A stretch of 62,101 nt of DNA, filler included, from Choristocarpus tenellus KU-1152 (taxonomy: Eukaryota; Protista; Phaeophyceae), in assembly GCA_964200185.2 (NCBI GenBank). It is 9 parts of 9 records of this genome, joined end to end, with 100 filler letters (N's around TTAATTAATTAA, not from the genome) between each part and the next. Parts side by side here need not be neighbours in the genome. Positions count along the whole stretch, not along the records: positions 55,571 to 58,504 come from CAXNAD020023540.1; positions 58,605 to 62,101 come from CAXNAD020019633.1; 7 more parts are not named here. One strand, given 5' to 3'. Numbering within the stretch: the first letter of the stretch is position 1; the number at the start of each line of letters is the position of its first letter. Positions 56,750-62,101 of the stretch are shown in pieces. The notes beneath the pieces are model-generated. The model saw only the letters and a program-made list of their open reading frames with translations. It ran no database searches and was not told where the DNA came from. A program made the position numbers and the translations under genes.

Positions 56750-56839
56750 GGTGTTTTCGGGCAACAGGCGGTCTTGGGCAGTGAGAAGGTCTAGGAGTGA
56801 TGAGATTCGAAGCTGGGCGTATGAACGATGTTTGAGCTC

Positions 56840-57800
56840 CGGACGATCCGTGGGACCACCCTGAGATCCATGATCCAGAAAATGCGTGCATTACGGTTTT
56901 CGGAAGTTGTAAATCCGATTATATCCATACTTACAATATTTTAAAATACAAAGCACATACATAATTGATCTTGTACGTTTCCAATGTTCCGAAACCAAAA
57001 GGTAAAAAAAAAACTGGCACCCTCTAATTGCTTCATGTACAAAATCTTAAATTGTTGGAAATTTGTTTTCGTAAAAATACTAGAGATGACAAAAGCGTCT
57101 CTTGAGTTTCGGTGATCCGTTCGGATCACCTAAACCATTGAAGACCAAGAACACGTGCATTAGGATTTTAGAAATAGTAAATCCGATTATATCTGTTCTT
57201 ACAATTTTTGAAAATACAAAGCACGTACTTTATAGGTCTCACATGTTTCCAATGTTCAGAAACTAAAAGATCAATTTCAACTGGTACCCAACAATTTATT
57301 TAAATACTAAAACCGCTTTTTGTCGACTTTAGGATTCTTAAAAACACTAGAGACGACAAAAAGCGGCTCTTTGAGTTCCCGTGATCCGTTCGGATCAATA
57401 AAACCATTGAAGAGCCAAAACACTTGCATTAGGGTTTTTACGAAATAATAATAATATTCTAATCTTTATATCAACAAATAAAAATACAAACCACAGAGTT
57501 AAAGTATCTTAGAGGGTAGGGCCTTGTCCATTTGGGGACCAAAATCCAATATTGCGATTTTGATATAATGTTGGCTATCGTGTTTGTTGGGAAGTGTCAA
57601 TATCCTTGCTTCGGACACACCTTTTCATGACATACACATTTTACCTACTCTCAAACATTTTGGATTAGGAAAATGTAATAAAAATACGCCATGGGAAGTC
57701 AAGCACCAAATGGACAAACAGGGCAAAACTCGTACCCTCTGAGATACTTTCAGTCACATACTTCATTGATCCAATACGTTTGAAATGTACGAAACGAAAA
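56840..57800 (+). repeat. Tandem ~270-bp repeat, about 2.5 units
   Basis: tgcatta recurs at ~56886, 57156 and 57425 and aaaatacaaa at ~56943, 57211 and 57481; palindrome gtgatccgttcggatca at 57112 and 57381. Confidence 0.88.
57496..57755 (+). mobile_element. MITE family A inside the third 270-bp repeat unit
   Basis: TSD ACA; the empty site is visible in the paralogous unit (aaagcacatac at ~56950). Confidence 0.92.
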
Positions 57801-58086
57801 ACTGATACTCTCTATCTCTTTTCATATGTCATCGTATGCTGTTCGATATTCGTATTTTTTATAATACAATTATCAACGGAAAGAGAAATCTGAGTTATGA
57901 GGACCGACCGACCAGATGAAATAAAGCAGCACCTCCCAGCCCTCAGTCCTCATTTCAATTCCTGCCCTTCTGTACATACCACGCGCACCTGTTATTTATC
58001 GATCCCGGTCACGCCCTCCCAATCTTTGCCATATCCAGCAACCGCTCAACAACAACCCGCCCGCCCGCTGATGGTGCTGCCCACAG

Positions 58087-58469
58087 ATCGAGATCATGGT
58101 ACAGCAATCTGAGGGGCATGTCCTCGCTCCTGGAACATCACTGCCTCGGCACGTACCAGATGAAACTCGGCAACATCACATGCACGGAGATGGTGTGTCC
58201 CCTGAGCGAGCGTGGCCTTGCACGCGTCAGCAAGTCCATCCGTGAAAAAGGCTGGCTGGAGCAGTTTTCTCCATCTGTTGTCATCCAATGAGACTGCTTA
58301 GGCAACGGGGACCAGCTCACTGTCGAAACTGCGCTTGCCGTTCAAGGACGAACACTGGACGGAAACCATAGAATAACGGTGCTGAAGAGAGAGTTTGATC
58401 CCGAACGCGCTTTCATGATGCGGGTCTACATGGAGTTCAACCAAGCAGAAGAGAGGCTAATTGCCAACG
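58087..58469 (+). pseudogene. Exon encoding a ParB/Sulfiredoxin-like N-terminal domain, one in-frame TGA at 58289
   Basis: VCPLSERGLARVSKSIREKGWLEQFSPSVVIQ*DC...RTLDGNHRITVLK...EERLIAN: the SI..KG....P.VV box plus the DGxHR motif, bounded by CAG| and G|GT. Absent from the ORF track. Confidence 0.7.
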
Positions 58470-58959
58470 GTGGGTGATGGAGTGTTGTCGTTGTTCCATG
58501 GTCGNNNNNNNNNNNNNNNNNNNNNNNNNNNNNNNNNNNNNNNNNNNNTTAATTAATTAANNNNNNNNNNNNNNNNNNNNNNNNNNNNNNNNNNNNNNNN
58601 NNNNACGAGAAAGGGACGAACCCTTGCCTTGTTCGCGCTGTGACTGCGCGGTGCTGCATCAGTTGCTCGCGGATACTAAAACAGACCCTTTTTGCACACG
58701 TAACATTTTTGCAGTTCTATGTGATGTTCACCTTGCATGTATTCTAGGGGACATGGGTGTAATAGAGATATCCAACAGCAATCACTTTCACAACACATCA
58801 GAGTTATCTTCTAGGCAGTCTCATCCTTACGCATGACACGAGAGGCCCTACTGTTACAACATTAGTAATAACGCCATCCAAGTCGTGGGATGCCTCAGGG
58901 CAAGCCAAATAGTAGGGGCAACTTTACCCTCCCCCCCCTCCCCCCACTGCATGCCTTAC

Positions 58960-60908
58960 CTTGTCAGATAAGACCACAGGAAACGCCTCCAGTGTAGAAA
59001 GCATAGCCCTCCCCACCACACGGTAGTGTAGGAGCCCCTCCCATACAGACTCTGAGTTCTGCAGCAAGCTCTCCAAGAGGTGATGCGTCTCCTTTTGCGG
59101 ATAGCTAGCACGATAGTCGAAGAACAACTGCTTTGCCTGTTGTTTGGTTTTGTACAAAAAAATGTGATGGGGAGAGGGGGGGGAGGGGGGAGGGGGTAGA
59201 CGAGACCCCAAGTATAAACAGCTCTTTGAGCGAGACGAGGTCCGCCAAGTTTGATGGCGATGCTGCTAGAGGTACACAACACAACACAACCAGGCGGGGG
59301 TTCCTCTACTCTTTTACCCCGCGGTGATGCAAAAGCAAACAGGTTTTGTCTAGGTTCACAACCGTAAGAACAGCATCTCCTCCCCTCCCCTCCCCTCCCT
59401 TCCCTCACACCTTATCCCTAATGCACCTGGTCATCCAATGATTTCCGCAATGCCAGGATGTGCCGAGAAGCTTCCCCTGCTTCAGAACCATCGCCCTCTT
59501 CGCCTGCTACTCCCCCTCCAGTCCCAATGCCTCCCTCGCCCCCCTCAGGAGACCTCCCTGCACCCTCCAAACCCTTCCCTCCTTCCTCCCCAGTCCATTT
59601 ATCCCCGCCAATGATCTTCATGAAATCGTGTGCCTGAGGAGAGAAGCGGCATTCAAGGTCTAAGGAATGTGAGACCTTCACAATAGCACCAGTCAGGATA
59701 GACAAGAGGGTGTGCAGGAGGGCGGGTTGGTTCTCTTTAAGAGAGTCGCAGGGGAAGGTTGAGGCTGTGAGAGGGGCACATGCTGAGTCAGAATACAACG
59801 ATTGATAAAAATCTGATTCCAGAATCGTTAAAAAAAAGAGGTGTTGGTTTCGAGGTGAGGAACTGGTATAAGAAAAGTTGATGGGTGAGAAAGATAGAGT
59901 ACCGTATTGTTGAGATTATGCCTGGCTGTTGTAGGCTATACATGGCACACCCAATAAACATCTTACCCCCCTGGCCTTTCTTTTATGCTTACACCCTCCC
60001 TCTCTACAACTACCGTATTCAGAAAAACACATTGCCCAACTCATGATCTCAAGATGACCTCCACAAACTCCTATTTCTCACTTGTCAAGAGCCTTTCCTT
60101 CCCATGAACTGAAGACACAATAAAATCCAACCAGACCAGAAAGCTCCAAACCTCCAAGCCTGAGTAAGCCTACTCCCCAAGTTTTCAAACTTAAAACTCA
60201 CAATCTTCAAATCCCTCCCCGCCCCTCCACATTGCAGTTGATATATATTTTTGTCAGTAGCATCGTTTCTCATCTCCTTCAAAAATCCCCCCCCCCCCTA
60301 AGCAATGCATAATATATTTTTCAAAATAAACACATGTTTCTCAAAAGACATGTGAGAGATCTAATTGGCCACAAAACAAGCATCTACAAGAAGAGTAAAC
60401 CTCAAAGTACACCAGACCTTCATCATCTTACAGACAAAACCACAGAGGGGGCAAGAGACAAAAAATAAAAATAACAAGCATGGTCAAAATAAACACTTCC
60501 ACGAAACCCCAACAGTCCATCCTGTGCAAGTGACAACCCCCCTCCTTGCCCCTCCTCGCTCCCCCCTTCCCCTCCCCTCCCCTCCCAGAAGAGGACCTTA
60601 AGCATGTCAAATAATGCAGCCGTCTTTTGCTCCACAGTACAAAGGCAGTTAAGGTAGTCCGCAAGGGGCAGAGGCTCGGACGGAGGCGGAGGGGACAACA
60701 CGCCTTCCACCCTCGCCTGCACACCATACACCGGGTCACTCAGGATTCGGTGCAAAAGCAATCGCATCACCCGCGGCACTAGGGGTGATGGAAACACTTG
60801 ACCAATCACAGCAAACTGTGACTGGCAGGTGGCCACCACACGACCAAAGAGCCCAGAGAGCGAGTCTACCGCTGCTCCAGAGTTGCCAAGCTCGCCCCGC
60901 TGTAGTTT
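58960..60908 (-). CDS. SEC10: Exocyst component Sec10/EXOC5-like, internal exons 60908-60597, 59633-59427, 59136-58960
   Basis: LFGRVVATCQSQFAVIGQVFPSP..PRVMRLLLHRI...VQ...DYLNCL...KT..LFDML and LFFDYRASYPQKE match the recalled Sec10 pattern; all junctions are phase 0. Confidence 0.72.
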
Positions 60909-60960
60909 CTGTTGCACCCAGAAACAGGAGTGAGGAGGAATTGTTGTGGGGGACAAAAGA

Positions 60961-60969
60961 TGTGTGTAT

Positions 60970-61028
<59 letters not shown>
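60961..61028. repeat. (TG)n microsatellite. Other simple repeats: (CAT)n 29190-29219, (CTTGTCC)n 32358-32430, 17-mer x3 34912-34961.
   Basis: Direct inspection. Confidence 0.95.
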
Positions 61029-61031
<3 letters not shown>

Positions 61032-62101
61032 GTGTGCGTGTGATGGTCCTTACTGGCTCCTCACCTCCCTTCACTCTTTCCCGATTGACTAGCGAAATAC
61101 AAGGTAAGTATAAAATAATTTCCAATCTCAGACCAACAAACAAGGTACCATTATACTGCTGAAGCGACGGCATTCCAATTTGCAACATGTAACCATTCAT
61201 ATTCTTGCTGACACAACGTTTGGCATGAAGTCGGCAACTGAAATGACTAGGTCAACAGTGCAAACAAATGCAGGTATAATAGAGATAGAAACACACTTTG
61301 GTATACATCAACCTTATTACGCTCACGCTCAACCTATTTTTCCAACCTACTTTTCCCACAAACCTATTAAACATCATTACAGCAACAGAAGGACCAATAA
61401 AACATCACGCAAAGCAAAGTGCAACCCACTTCAACCAGTCCCTGCTCCATCCCCCCTCCACCCCTCCCTTCCCATATTCTATCTAGTGAGAGCTCTAGGT
61501 GCGATCCAGATGTCTTGAACCCTGCTTTTGAAGAACAACATTCTAACAGCATCTTGAAGGTCTAGAGGTGGAGCCAGGCGAGGAGAGCACAACCCAATTC
61601 CATACACACACATGTATATACATACACACAAGGCAATGCACAACCTGGTGTTCAACCTCACAATGAAACTCCCTCCCCCCGGCCCTCATCCCAATACAGG
61701 GCCTCCGAAAAACAAAGAGAGTGCTGTTCCTCAAAGTGGGCAAAAAAATAAATAAATGACACGAGGTCACAAGTGATGCAATCAACCCACACACATGCAC
61801 AAAAACCTTCCTCAATCTCAACCCAAGAGCACCTCACCGCAACACCAAAGACACAAAAGAACCCGCTTCCTTGTCCACCCTTACTGTGTCTGCTGCAAAC
61901 GCAAAAAACGGCTGGCGAAACAAGCACCCACAGACACAAAAGGTCCTCTCTTACTTCTAACCTCGAAAATATCAGGGAGATAAAAAAAAAACTCCTGCCA
62001 CAGTGTGCAACTACACGAGCGTATATAAATCCACGTAAAAAACACATTGCAATACCGGCGCTGACCACCTTACTCCTCTCTCACTCTCTCTCTCTCTCAC
62101 T

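Noticed and set aside
56609-58291. TGA recoding (selenocysteine or alternative genetic code) in the ParB-like and Sola-like exons
   Set aside because: Reconstructed host exons contain no in-frame TGA, and CGA>TGA decay explains the stops more simply.

Overview
Eukaryotic, intron-rich DNA. It is probably a stramenopile or brown-alga-like organism (inferred from ~1 kb introns, TTAGGG motifs and gene style). The window is nine contigs joined by artificial N-TTAATTAATTAA-N linkers, so linkage across a linker is unproven. Host genes reconstructed from splice phase: a Kelch-repeat protein, a RibD-C/RIB7-like reductase exon, an SLC26/SulP sulfate transporter, the helicase half of a DNA polymerase theta-like gene (about 17 exons, two GC-AG introns) and exocyst Sec10. 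There are also two tRNA-Asp(GTC) genes and one pseudogene. Mobile DNA is abundant: CRE-type non-LTR retrotransposon pieces, a DIRS/Ngaro-like tyrosine recombinase remnant, and about 16 MITE copies or ends from three subfamilies sharing G....AAAGTAT termini with 3-bp TSDs. The most novel signal is at 56.2-58.5 kb. A Cys-rich, Sola-transposase-like N-terminal exon lies head-to-head with a spliced ParB/Srx-like (DGNHR) exon, separated by ~270-bp tandem repeats carrying a GTGATCCG-TT-CGGATCAC palindrome. A second candidate is a compact block of unknown genes at 16.5-20.6 kb that ends in an orphan MITE-type TIR. All family assignments come from motif recognition by eye; no database search was run.
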